Source of the DNA: Delftia acidovorans NBRC 14950 | Lineage (GTDB): Bacteria > Pseudomonadota > Gammaproteobacteria > Burkholderiales > Burkholderiaceae_C | Direction: 5' to 3' | Assembly: GCF_001598795.1 (NCBI RefSeq) | Contig: NZ_BCZP01000012.1 | Coordinates: forward strand, 30,001 to 62,000 | Length of the DNA: 32,000 nucleotides | Part shown: piece by piece, positions 8,348 to 16,339 of the stretch | Layout: each line of letters opens with the position of its first letter | Numbering within the stretch: position 1 is the stretch's first letter | Notes under the pieces: model-generated | Told to the model about the DNA's origin: nothing | Databases searched by the model: none | The model's input: the letters and a program-made list of their open reading frames with translations, nothing else | Translations under genes and position numbers: made by a program

Positions 8348-10882
8348 ATGCGCCCTCAGACCATGCGCCAGAACTCCATGCGGCAGACTGCCGCCTCCAC
8401 CGTCCGCCCATCCCCGGCGGCCCCGGCGTTACGTCCGGTGGCGCTGGCGCTGCAGGTGCTGTGCGCGGGCACGCTGGCGGGGCTGGCTGCCGCAGGCGCC
8501 CTGGCTCCGGCCCAGGCCTGGGCGCAGCCGGCTGCCGGTGCTTCGCAGCAACGCCAGTACGACATTGCAGCCGGCCCGCTGGAAAGCGTGCTCAACCAGC
8601 TCGGGCGCGAGGCCGGCGTGCTGGTCACCTTCGGCTCGGCCGTCACCGAAGGGCTGCGCAGCGGCGGCGTGAGCGGGCGCTTCACCGTGGAGCAGGCGCT
8701 GGACCGCGCCTTGCTGGGCACGCCGCTGGCGGCCGTGCGCTCGGCCGGTGGCGGCTACACCCTGCGCGAGATGCCCGTGGTGCCTGCCACCTCCGGCGCG
8801 GCGGGTGCTGCGGGTGCGGCAGGCGCGGGGTCCTCCCAGACACTCAGGACCGTGCTGGTCACGGCCTCGGCCCAGGCCAGCCCCACCACCGAAGGCTCGG
8901 GCTCCTACACCACGCCGGCCACGGCGGCGGCCACGGGCCTGAGCCTGTCGCTGCGCGACACGCCGCAGTCCGTCAGCGTGCTCACGCGCCAGCAGATCGA
9001 GGACCAGGGCCTGCTCTCGCTCAACGACGCCATGCGCAGCGTCACCGGCATCCATGTCGTCAGCTCGGACAGCGACCGCTCGGACTTCTACTCGCGCGGC
9101 TTCTACGTGGACAACCTGCAGTACGACGGCGTGCCCACCTCCATCGGCCTGTCGTTCTACGGTGACTCGGGCACCGATACCACCATCTATGACCGCGTCG
9201 AAGTGGTGCGCGGCGCCACGGGCCTGCTCACGGGCGCGGGCAACCCGTCGGCCTCCATCAACATGGTGCGCAAGCACGCCAACAGCAAGGTGTTCACGGG
9301 CTCGGCCTCGGCCAGCGTGGGCTCGTGGAACCACCATCGCGGCACGGTGGACCTGTCCATGCCGCTGACGCAGGACGGCCGCATCCGCGCACGCGTCGCA
9401 GGCATGGCCGAAGAGCGCGACTCCCATGTGGATCTCTACCACGCGCGCAAGCAGGTCTTCTACGGCGTGATCGATGCCGACCTCACGCCCGACACCACGC
9501 TCAGCGTGGGCGCCGACTACCAGTCCAACCGGCCCACCGGCTCGACCTGGGGCGGCCTGCCGCTGGTCTTCACGAACGGCATGCCAGCCGACTGGAGCAC
9601 CTCCAAGACCACGGCCGCGAACTGGACGCGCTGGAACAGCACCAACAAAAACATCTTCGCCAACCTGCAGCACCGCTTTGGCAACGACTGGAAGCTCAAG
9701 GCCAACTTCGTGCACCGCGACAGCGCCTACGACGCCAAGCTGCTGTACCTCATGCGCCAGCCCGACATCACCACCGGCCTGGGCATGGCGGCCCTGCCCA
9801 ACTACTCCGAATACAGCTTCCAGCAAAACAGCGCCGACCTGCAGGTGACGGGCGGCTGGGAACTGGGCGGGCGCCGCCATGAGGCCGTTGTCGGCCTGAC
9901 CAGCAGCCGCGCCCGCGAGCACAAGGCCGGCCATGCGCGCACCAGCCCCCTGCAGGACGTGGGCAACTACTACCAATGGGACGGCTCCTATGCCGAGCCC
10001 ACCTGGGGGCCGCTGACCACCAGCAGCCTGGACCACACGCGCCAGGACGCGCTGTACGGCGCGCTGCGCCTGTCGCTGGCCGATCCGGTCAAGCTCATCG
10101 TGGGCGGGCGCCAGAGCAGCTGGAAGGTGCGCAGCCTCAGCGAGGTGCGCGACCACAACGTCTTCATCCCCTACGCAGGCCTGGTGCTGGACCTGAGCGA
10201 AGGCTTCTCGGCCTATGCCAGCTACACCGACATCTTCCAGCCTCAGAACTACCGCGACCGCGGCGGCAGCTACCTGGACCCCGTGGCGGGCAAGAGTTTC
10301 GAGATCGGCATCAAGGGCGAGCACCTGGACGGCAGGCTCAACAGCTCGCTGTCCGTCTTCCGCATCCAGCAGGACAACGTGGCCCAGCTGGACGAAGGCC
10401 AGGTCGTGCCCGGCACCACCGACTTCGCCTACTACGGCGCCAAGGGCGTGACCAGCAAGGGCTTCGAGGCCCAGGTCTCGGGCGAGCTGGCCACGGGCTG
10501 GAACCTGTCGGCCGGCATTGCCCACACCGTCGCGCGTGACGCCCAGGGCCTGTCCATCAACGCCTGGGCGCCCAAGACCCAGGCCCAGCTGTTCACTTCC
10601 TACCGCCTGCCCGGTGGGTGGAATCAGCTCACCGTGGGCGGCGGCCTGCAATGGCAAAGCCGCACCCGCGCCAGCGTCTTCGTGGCGGGCAATGACCTGG
10701 TCTTCGAGCAGAAATCCTTCGCCACCGCCAGCCTCATGGCGCGCTATGCCTTCAGCCCCAGGCTCTCGCTGCAGCTGAACCTGAACAACCTCTTCAACAA
10801 GAAGTACTACGTCAACATCGACGGCCAGGGCCAGTTCGGCACGCCGCGCCAGGCCATGGCGGTGCTGAACTACAAGTTCTGA
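8348..10882 (+). CDS. TonB-dependent siderophore receptor with STN signalling domain (third transducer)
   Basis: ATG at 8348 within ORF 8330..10882. Long signal region ending AQAWAQP. STN segment YDIAAGPLESVLNQLGREAGVLVTFGS...EQALDRALLGTPL. Plug motifs PQSVSVLTRQQIEDQG and RVEVVRGATGLLTGAG. C-terminal ...VLNYKF. Confidence 0.9.
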   Translation: MRPQTMRQNSMRQTAASTVRPSPAAPALRPVALALQVLCAGTLAGLAAAGALAPAQAWAQPAAGASQQRQYDIAAGPLESVLNQLGREAGVLVTFGSAVTEGLRSGGVSGRFTVEQALDRALLGTPLAAVRSAGGGYTLREMPVVPATSGAAGAAGAAGAGSSQTLRTVLVTASAQASPTTEGSGSYTTPATAAATGLSLSLRDTPQSVSVLTRQQIEDQGLLSLNDAMRSVTGIHVVSSDSDRSDFYSRGFYVDNLQYDGVPTSIGLSFYGDSGTDTTIYDRVEVVRGATGLLTGAGNPSASINMVRKHANSKVFTGSASASVGSWNHHRGTVDLSMPLTQDGRIRARVAGMAEERDSHVDLYHARKQVFYGVIDADLTPDTTLSVGADYQSNRPTGSTWGGLPLVFTNGMPADWSTSKTTAANWTRWNSTNKNIFANLQHRFGNDWKLKANFVHRDSAYDAKLLYLMRQPDITTGLGMAALPNYSEYSFQQNSADLQVTGGWELGGRRHEAVVGLTSSRAREHKAGHARTSPLQDVGNYYQWDGSYAEPTWGPLTTSSLDHTRQDALYGALRLSLADPVKLIVGGRQSSWKVRSLSEVRDHNVFIPYAGLVLDLSEGFSAYASYTDIFQPQNYRDRGGSYLDPVAGKSFEIGIKGEHLDGRLNSSLSVFRIQQDNVAQLDEGQVVPGTTDFAYYGAKGVTSKGFEAQVSGELATGWNLSAGIAHTVARDAQGLSINAWAPKTQAQLFTSYRLPGGWNQLTVGGGLQWQSRTRASVFVAGNDLVFEQKSFATASLMARYAFSPRLSLQLNLNNLFNKKYYVNIDGQGQFGTPRQAMAVLNYKF

Positions 10883-10894
10883 GTGGACAGGGCC

Positions 10895-10903
10895 GGGGGG
10901 GGG
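10895..10903. repeat. Homopolymeric G9 tract in the receptor-sigma spacer
   Basis: ggccGGGGGGGGGcaac, read directly from the sequence. It lies 13 nt after the receptor stop and about 30 nt upstream of the third Fur box. Confidence 0.9.
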
Positions 10904-10932
10904 CAACAGCGCAGGCCAACCGTTAGAATGCA

Positions 10933-10951
10933 AATGAGAATTGATCTCATA
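10933..10951 (+). promoter_or_regulatory. Fur-box-like operator (AATGAGAATTGATCTCATA)
   Basis: AT-rich island. The 7-1-7 core TGAGAAT-T-GATCTCA matches the consensus at 10 of 14 positions. Its centre lies 48 nt before the ATG at 10990, the same spacing as box 1. Confidence 0.6.
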
Positions 10952-10989
10952 TTTCGGGCCAGCCGCCCACGCATTCCTCCTCCCGCGCC

Positions 10990-11499
10990 ATGTCTGCCGC
11001 CGAAACCTCCCTTCACCGCGAAGTCGCCACGCTCTACACCGACCACCACGGCTGGCTGCAGGGCTGGCTGCGCAAGAAGCTGGGCGATGTGCACCAGGCG
11101 GCCGATCTGGCGCACGACACCTTTTTGCGCCTGCTGGCGCGCGACGAGCCTGTGCAGGCGCGTGAGCCGCGCGCCTTCCTGACCACGGTGGCGCAGCGCG
11201 TGCTGGCCAACCACTACCGGCGCCAGCAACTGGAGCGCGCGTATCTGGAGGCGCTGGCACAGGCGCCGCAGTCCTTTGCCATCTCGCCCGAGGAGCGCGC
11301 GCTGCTGCTGGAGGCGCTGGACGAGATCGACCGCATGCTCGACGGCCTGCCTGCCCCTGTGCGGCGGGCCTTTCTGATGGCCCAGCTGGACGGCATGAAG
11401 CAGGCCGACATTGCGCGCGAGCTGGGCCTGTCGCTGACCACCGTCAAGCGCTACCTGGTGCAGGCCGGCATGCACTGCTATTTCGCGGTGGATGCATGA
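10990..11499 (+). CDS. ECF sigma factor, FecI-like (third copy)
   Basis: ORF 10990..11499 (169 aa). Contains LYTDHHGWLQGWLRKKL, DLAHDTFLRLL and a region-4 HTH (ADIARELGLSLTTVKRYLVQA). Its 3' end overlaps the next gene by 4 nt (ATGA). Confidence 0.9.
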   Translation: MSAAETSLHREVATLYTDHHGWLQGWLRKKLGDVHQAADLAHDTFLRLLARDEPVQAREPRAFLTTVAQRVLANHYRRQQLERAYLEALAQAPQSFAISPEERALLLEALDEIDRMLDGLPAPVRRAFLMAQLDGMKQADIARELGLSLTTVKRYLVQAGMHCYFAVDA

Positions 11500-12506
11500 C
11501 GGCGCCGGGAGCCGGCCTGCCGCCCGAGGTAGCGCGCAGCGCCATCGAGTGGTGGCTGAAGCACCAGGAGGGCGGCCTGTCCGATGAGTTGGCCCGCGAA
11601 TGGCAAGCCTGGCAGGCCTGGCGCGCGGCCGATCCGCTGCACGAGCAGGCCTGGCAGCGCATCACTGCAGTCAACCAGCGGCTGGCTGGGCTGGTGGCGC
11701 CGCCGCAATCACCGATAGCCCGGGCTGCGCTGGCTCCGCGTGGTTCCGCTCGCCGGCGCGTGATCCGGTCCCTGGCCGTTGCGGCCTTTGGTGCCGGCAT
11801 TGCCTGGCAGCTGGAGCAGCGCCTGCCCTGGCAGGGCTGGGTGGCCGATGCACGCACGGCGCGGGGCGAGCGTCGGCAGATGGCGTTGCCGGACGGCACG
11901 CAGATCGTGCTCAACGGCGCCAGCGCGCTGGACATCGAATACGGTCCCCGGCACCGCCGTCTGCGCCTGCTGCAGGGCGAGGTGCTGGTCACCACGGCCA
12001 AGGACACCGAGCAGCCCGCCCGGCCCTTTGCCGTGCAGACCACTGCGGGCGAGGCGCTGGCCCTGGGGACGCGGTTTTCCGTGCGTGCGCTCGCGGATGG
12101 TGATTTCCAGGTGGGTGTGTTCGAGGGGGCCGTGCGCCTGACCCCCCGGCTGGCCGGCCACAGTGTGCTGGTGCTCAGGGCGGGCGAGCAGGCCACGCTG
12201 CGGGCCGATGGCGTCTCGCCAGCCACCGCCGTGCATGAGGACAGCACCGCCTGGACCCAGGGCATGCTGGTGGCGCGCGGCATGCCGCTGGCCCGGATGC
12301 TGGAGGCGCTGCAGCCGTACAGCGATGCGGCCCTGGCCTGCGAGCCCGAAGTGGCCAACCTGCGCATCTCCGGCACCTATCCGCTGGCGGATGTGCCGCG
12401 CGTGCTGGCCGTGATCGGTGCGCTGCCGGGACTGGAGCTGCGCTCCATGACGCGCTGGTGGGGCCGGCGCGAGGTGGTGGTGGGCAAGAAGGCGGCAGGG
12501 GCTTGA
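11496..12506 (+). CDS. FecR-family anti-sigma factor (third copy)
   Basis: ORF 11496..12506 (336 aa). N-terminal ARSAIEWWLKHQ...AWRAADPLHEQAWQ. TM stretch VIRSLAVAAFGAGIAW. GTRFSVRA motif. C-terminal LRISGTYPLADVPRVL. Confidence 0.9.
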   Translation: MTAPGAGLPPEVARSAIEWWLKHQEGGLSDELAREWQAWQAWRAADPLHEQAWQRITAVNQRLAGLVAPPQSPIARAALAPRGSARRRVIRSLAVAAFGAGIAWQLEQRLPWQGWVADARTARGERRQMALPDGTQIVLNGASALDIEYGPRHRRLRLLQGEVLVTTAKDTEQPARPFAVQTTAGEALALGTRFSVRALADGDFQVGVFEGAVRLTPRLAGHSVLVLRAGEQATLRADGVSPATAVHEDSTAWTQGMLVARGMPLARMLEALQPYSDAALACEPEVANLRISGTYPLADVPRVLAVIGALPGLELRSMTRWWGRREVVVGKKAAGA

Positions 12507-12669
12507 GGGGGATCTGCGCAGTTTTTTGAAGAAATCTGCGCCCGGGGTGGTCTGTTTAGAGAACTCGCGGGACATGGAGGAAGAGGGGGGCTTGCCATGC
12601 CGGGCCCGCCCATCGATTCGTCCATCCATCCGTTTGTCTTTTCCTTCCAGGCCCAGTCCTTCGCACACC

Positions 12670-15216
12670 ATGGCATATCCCGCAGCGCCCCGGCGCTTTC
12701 CCTGCGCCTTGCGCCCCTCCGTCGTCCCGTCCCGTGGCCTTTTGCTGGCATTGGCCTGCGCAGGGTTGGGCAGCAACCTGTGGGCGCAGGCGCCTTCGCC
12801 TTCCGTCAACACCACGGCCGCCACGGCAGCCACACGCAGCTACCAGATTCCGGCGGGCACGCTGGAGGACGCGCTCAACCGCTTCGGGCGCGACTCGGGT
12901 TTGCTGCTGTCCTTCACCCAGGACCAGGTCCAGGGCCTGCGCAGCCCGGGGCTGCAGGGCAGCCACACCGCGCAGGCCGGCCTGGCCGCGCTGCTGCAGG
13001 GCACGGGGCTGGAGGCGGCGGTGCAGCCGCAAGGCGGCTATGTGCTGCGCCAGCGCGCCGTGCCCGATGCCCGGGCGCCAGACGTTGCCCCGCGCGCGGT
13101 GTCGCTGGCCGAGGTGCGCGTGGCCGCGCGCCGCGCCGGTGACGGCACGACCGAAGGCACGGGCTCCTACACCAGCCGCGTGACCAGCATTGCCTCCAAG
13201 ACGGACCAGTCGTTCCGCGAGATTGCGCAGTCGGTATCGGTGGTCACACGCGAACAGCTCGACGACCAGCGCGTGACCGATGTGACCGAGGCCCTCAAGC
13301 TCACGCCCGGCGTGGTCGTGGCCAATACCGTGGGCGACTTCTATTCGCGGGGCTTTCAGATCACCAGCATGCAGATCGACGGCGGCGCGCCGCTGGCTTT
13401 GGGCGCATACACCTATTCGCCGCAGCAGGACATGGCCTTCTACGACCGCGTCGAAGTCATGCGCGGCGCCTCGGGCCTGCTGGGCGGCGTGGGCGATCCG
13501 GGCGGCATCATCAACCTGGTGCGCAAGAAGCCGCTGGCCCAGCGGCAGTTCAAGGCCGCGCTGTCGGCCGGCTCCTGGAGCCGGCGCGGCGTGGAGCTCG
13601 ATGCCAGCGCGCCGTTGGCCGACGACGGCCGCGTGCGCGGCCGCGCCGTGCTGTCCTACCACAAGGGTGACTCCTACATGGACCTGCGCAGCAGCGAAAA
13701 GCCCTCGCTCTACGGCGTGCTGGAGGCCGACCTCACGCCAGACACCCTGCTGACCGTGGGCGGCAGCTACGGAAAGACCCATGAGAACGGCGACTATGCC
13801 GGCCTGCCGCGCTTTGCCGACGGCAGCAGCCTTGGCCTGCCGCGCCACACCAACTTCACCCAGCCCTGGGCCTATTACGACTACGAGACCAAGGAGCTGT
13901 TCGCCCAGCTCGAGCACAAGTTCGACAACCGCTGGAAGGCCAAGCTCAACGTCTCGCGCGTGGAGACCGAGCTGGACCGCTTCTGGGTCTACATGGGCGG
14001 CGCCATCAACCCGCAGACCCTGGCGGGTGCGGTCTGGCGCGGCGGCCACATCCAGTCCGGCAATACGCAGGAGGTGGTGGACCTGAGCCTGGGTGGTCCC
14101 TTCCAGCTCATGGGCCGCACGCATGAATTGCTGCTGGGCGCGGACTGGCAGCGCGTGGAAAGCTTCTGGCAAAGCGCCAATTTCACGGGCAGCGGCACCG
14201 TGGCCAGCAATCCGTTTGCCCCCAGCATCTGGACGCCGCCCACGGAAACCTACTTCAACACCCGCTACGGCCCCTGGGGCCAAAAGCAGATGGGCGGCTA
14301 TGGCGTGCTGCGCCTGCATCCCACGGACAGGCTGCACCTCATCCTGGGTGCGCGCGCCAGCCGCTACGACTTCCAGCAGTCGATCTGGAACCTGGATGCG
14401 CAGGGCAACCGCACGCCCTGGTCGAACACGCCGTTCAAGGAACCCACCAAGATCACGCCCTATGGCGGGGTGATCTATGACCTGAACAGCCAGTGGTCGG
14501 CCTATGCCAGCTATTCGTCCATCTTCAAGCCGCAGGCGCTGAGCATGGCCGGCCCGGCGCCGGGCACCTCGCTGCCGCCGGTCAAGGGCGCCAGCTACGA
14601 GGCCGGCCTCAAGGGCGAGCTGATGGACGGGCGGCTGAACGCCACCTTCAGCGTCTTCAATGTGGAGCGCACGGGCACGGCCGTGGTGGACCCGCGCTAC
14701 GAGACCAGCAACAGCCGCTGGGGCGGCAACTGCTGCTACCTGGCACAGGGCAAGGTCACCAGCCGGGGCTTCGACATGGAGCTGGGCGGCGAGCTGCAGC
14801 CCGGCTGGCAGCTGGCAGCGGGCTACACCTTCAACAACACCCGCGACCGCAGCACCGAAAAGACCTACAGCAGCATCACGCCGCGCCACCTGTTCAAGCT
14901 GTCCACGGCCTATACGCTGCCGGGCGAGCTGTCGCGCTGGAAAGTGGGCGGCAGCGCCCAGATCCAGAGCACGCACTACGTCAGCGGCACGGCGCTGTCG
15001 GCGGCGGGCACGTCCGTGCCCTTTGACTTCACGCAGGGCGGCTACGCGCTTTGGAATGCCATGGTGCAGTACCGCATCGACCCGCGCTGGACGGTCACGC
15101 TGAACATCAACAACCTGCTCGACAAGACCTACTACCAGACCCTGGGCACAACGTTCAGCAACAACCTGTATGGCGCACCGCGCCACGCCATGCTCACGCT
15201 GCGCGGCAGCTTCTGA
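12670..15216 (+). CDS. TonB-dependent siderophore receptor with STN signalling domain (fourth transducer)
   Basis: ATG at 12670 within ORF 12526..15216 (MAYPAAPRRF...LLLALACAGLGSNLWAQA). STN segment YQIPAGTLEDALNRFGRDSGLLLSFTQ...AGLAALLQGTGL. Plug motifs AQSVSVVTREQLDDQR and RVEVMRGASGLLGGVG. C-terminal ...TLRGSF. Confidence 0.9.
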   Translation: MAYPAAPRRFPCALRPSVVPSRGLLLALACAGLGSNLWAQAPSPSVNTTAATAATRSYQIPAGTLEDALNRFGRDSGLLLSFTQDQVQGLRSPGLQGSHTAQAGLAALLQGTGLEAAVQPQGGYVLRQRAVPDARAPDVAPRAVSLAEVRVAARRAGDGTTEGTGSYTSRVTSIASKTDQSFREIAQSVSVVTREQLDDQRVTDVTEALKLTPGVVVANTVGDFYSRGFQITSMQIDGGAPLALGAYTYSPQQDMAFYDRVEVMRGASGLLGGVGDPGGIINLVRKKPLAQRQFKAALSAGSWSRRGVELDASAPLADDGRVRGRAVLSYHKGDSYMDLRSSEKPSLYGVLEADLTPDTLLTVGGSYGKTHENGDYAGLPRFADGSSLGLPRHTNFTQPWAYYDYETKELFAQLEHKFDNRWKAKLNVSRVETELDRFWVYMGGAINPQTLAGAVWRGGHIQSGNTQEVVDLSLGGPFQLMGRTHELLLGADWQRVESFWQSANFTGSGTVASNPFAPSIWTPPTETYFNTRYGPWGQKQMGGYGVLRLHPTDRLHLILGARASRYDFQQSIWNLDAQGNRTPWSNTPFKEPTKITPYGGVIYDLNSQWSAYASYSSIFKPQALSMAGPAPGTSLPPVKGASYEAGLKGELMDGRLNATFSVFNVERTGTAVVDPRYETSNSRWGGNCCYLAQGKVTSRGFDMELGGELQPGWQLAAGYTFNNTRDRSTEKTYSSITPRHLFKLSTAYTLPGELSRWKVGGSAQIQSTHYVSGTALSAAGTSVPFDFTQGGYALWNAMVQYRIDPRWTVTLNINNLLDKTYYQTLGTTFSNNLYGAPRHAMLTLRGSF

Positions 15217-15218
15217 GG

Positions 15219-15246
15219 ACGGCGGCGCAGGCGTTCGGGCCGCCGT
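15219..15246. terminator. GC-rich hairpin between convergent genes (ACGGCGGC-N12-GCCGCCGT), without a U-tract
   Basis: An 8-bp perfect stem starts 3 nt after the receptor stop (15214-15216) and ends 27 nt before the stop of the - strand ORF at 15273. With no T-run, it may act as a stabiliser or a rho-dependent site rather than a classical terminator. Confidence 0.35.
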
Positions 15247-15272
15247 TGTGCAGCCAGCGGCCTTGCGGGGGA

Positions 15273-15530
15273 TCACACCACGCGCCGGGTCTCCACCTTC
15301 ACATGGCCGGCCAGCAGGTCGGCACTGTCGCGGATGGCGCGCAGCGCATGGGCCAGGGCCTGCTGGCTGTGGTGCTCCTGCGGTGCATGCACTGCCGCCA
15401 AGGCCAGTTGCGCCAGGGCCGAGATCTCGGAGCAGTTTTCCTGCACGCTGCTGTGGATCTCGGTGATGGCGCTGGTCAACTGGTGCAGGCTGGGGGGCTG
15501 TGTCCTGGGGGTGTCCTTGTCCATGGCCAT
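15273..15530 (-). CDS. Small hypothetical protein (85 aa), paralogue of the upstream ORF
   Basis: ORF 15273..15530. It begins 3 nt after the stop of ORF 15534..15914 (TGA GGC ATG on the - strand). About 50% identity to that ORF over about 60 aa. Shared motifs are C-x-E-I-S-x-x-A-Q-L-A-L-A and A-L-x-x-I-R-D-S-A-x-x-L-A. The start may instead be the ATG at 15524. Confidence 0.6.
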   Translation of the reverse strand: MAMDKDTPRTQPPSLHQLTSAITEIHSSVQENCSEISALAQLALAAVHAPQEHHSQQALAHALRAIRDSADLLAGHVKVETRRVV

Positions 15531-15533
15531 GCC

Positions 15534-15914
15534 TCAGCCCTGCGGGCGCACCGGCTCACGGGTGCGGCATTCGAGCAGTTGCGCCATGGCTTTGGCGGCT
15601 GCCTCGGCCGCTTCGGCGCGGCGCATCTCGGCCGCGTCTTCGAATCCGCAGCCCATGGCCTGGGCCTCGGTGCCGGCGTAGTCGGCCAGCGTCTCGGCGC
15701 TGTCGCGGATGCTTTGCAGGGCGCGGGCCACCACGTCCATGTGGCGATGGCCCTTGGGCGTCTCCAGCCATGCCAGGGCCAGCTGGGCGATGGAGGAGAT
15801 CTCTGCACAGCCTTGCTGCACGAGATGGTCCACCTGGGTGAGGGCATTGGACAGCTGCCGGGTGCTGTGGCTGTCCGTGGCGGGGGTGGGCTGGTTTGGC
15901 TGGGTGGAGGTCAT
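15534..15914 (-). CDS. Small hypothetical protein (126 aa), first gene of a two-gene paralogous pair
   Basis: The internal ATG at 15914 of ORF 15534..16088 is preceded by GGAGGG at a 7-nt spacing on the - strand. The protein starts MTSTQPNQPTPATD... It contains a helical core LTQVDHLVQQGCAEISSIAQLALAWLE...VVARALQSIRDSAETLADY and an Ala/Glu-rich tail. I do not recognise a family with confidence. Confidence 0.6.
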   Translation of the reverse strand: MTSTQPNQPTPATDSHSTRQLSNALTQVDHLVQQGCAEISSIAQLALAWLETPKGHRHMDVVARALQSIRDSAETLADYAGTEAQAMGCGFEDAAEMRRAEAAEAAAKAMAQLLECRTREPVRPQG

Positions 15915-16035
15915 GCCATGTCCCTCCGTGTCTGGCGCTGCGTGGATGGCAAGCGTGAGGGAGGGAGCGCGCAAAGACAGGGCGCGCGGGTCTGCCCGAG
16001 AAAAACGGTACTCATGTTTCGATGCTCCATTACGT

Positions 16036-16082
16036 ATCGAATCCACGGGCCATTGCAATCTGCATTGGCTGGTGGATTCGAT
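16036..16082. promoter_or_regulatory. 47-bp near-perfect palindrome (candidate operator or RNA hairpin) upstream of the small paralogue pair
   Basis: The outer arms ATCGAATCCAC / GTGGATTCGAT are perfect (11 bp). The inner arms GCCATTGCA / TGCATTGGC have one mismatch. Overall 19 of 23 positions are symmetric about 16059. It lies 122-168 nt upstream of the ATG at 15914. On the - strand, a TTGCAA hexamer sits at its centre. Confidence 0.5.
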
Positions 16083-16280
16083 GTGCAAGCCTCGCTTTCG
16101 GAGAGGCGGTGCCGCTTGCTAATGGGTGTTTTGAAGCACCGGCCCCGTGACAGGGGGCTGGTGCGGATGATAGCGCGTGCGGCGTGCGCAAAGTCGCTTC
16201 GCGGCCCGCTGCACCTTGCGATCGCGCCCTTTCAGGGATGGCCCAGGAACCGCTGAAAGAGCCCGGCATGCGTTGCGTTT

Positions 16281-16299
16281 ATTGAGAATGATTCTTCTT
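16281..16299 (+). promoter_or_regulatory. Fur-box-like operator (ATTGAGAATGATTCTTCTT) upstream of the PepSY / MacAB operon
   Basis: Its left half is identical to that of the perfect box at 6700 (ATTGAGAAT). It shares the 12-mer AGAATGATTCTT with box 1. TTGAGA (16282-16287) and TATGAT (16308-16313) are possible -35 and -10 elements, although the 20-nt spacer is long. Confidence 0.65.
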
Positions 16300-16339
16300 T
16301 GCGAGGTTATGATCCAGCCCCATGGATTTGTCCGCCTCC

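Noticed and set aside
12526-12669. Upstream extensions of receptor ORFs: 12526..12669, and likewise 3900..4139 and 8330..8347.
   Set aside because: The extensions have no signal-peptide character. Internal ATGs at 12670, 4140 and 8348 are followed by basic-then-hydrophobic signal sequences ending in AxA-like sites. Start assignments remain predictions.
15915-16299. The idea that the fourth Fur box also controls the divergent small-paralogue operon.
   Set aside because: The box centre is about 375 nt from the ATG at 15914. A separate 47-bp palindrome with promoter-like hexamers lies much closer. Nothing in the sequence links Fur to that operon, so the question is left open rather than claimed.
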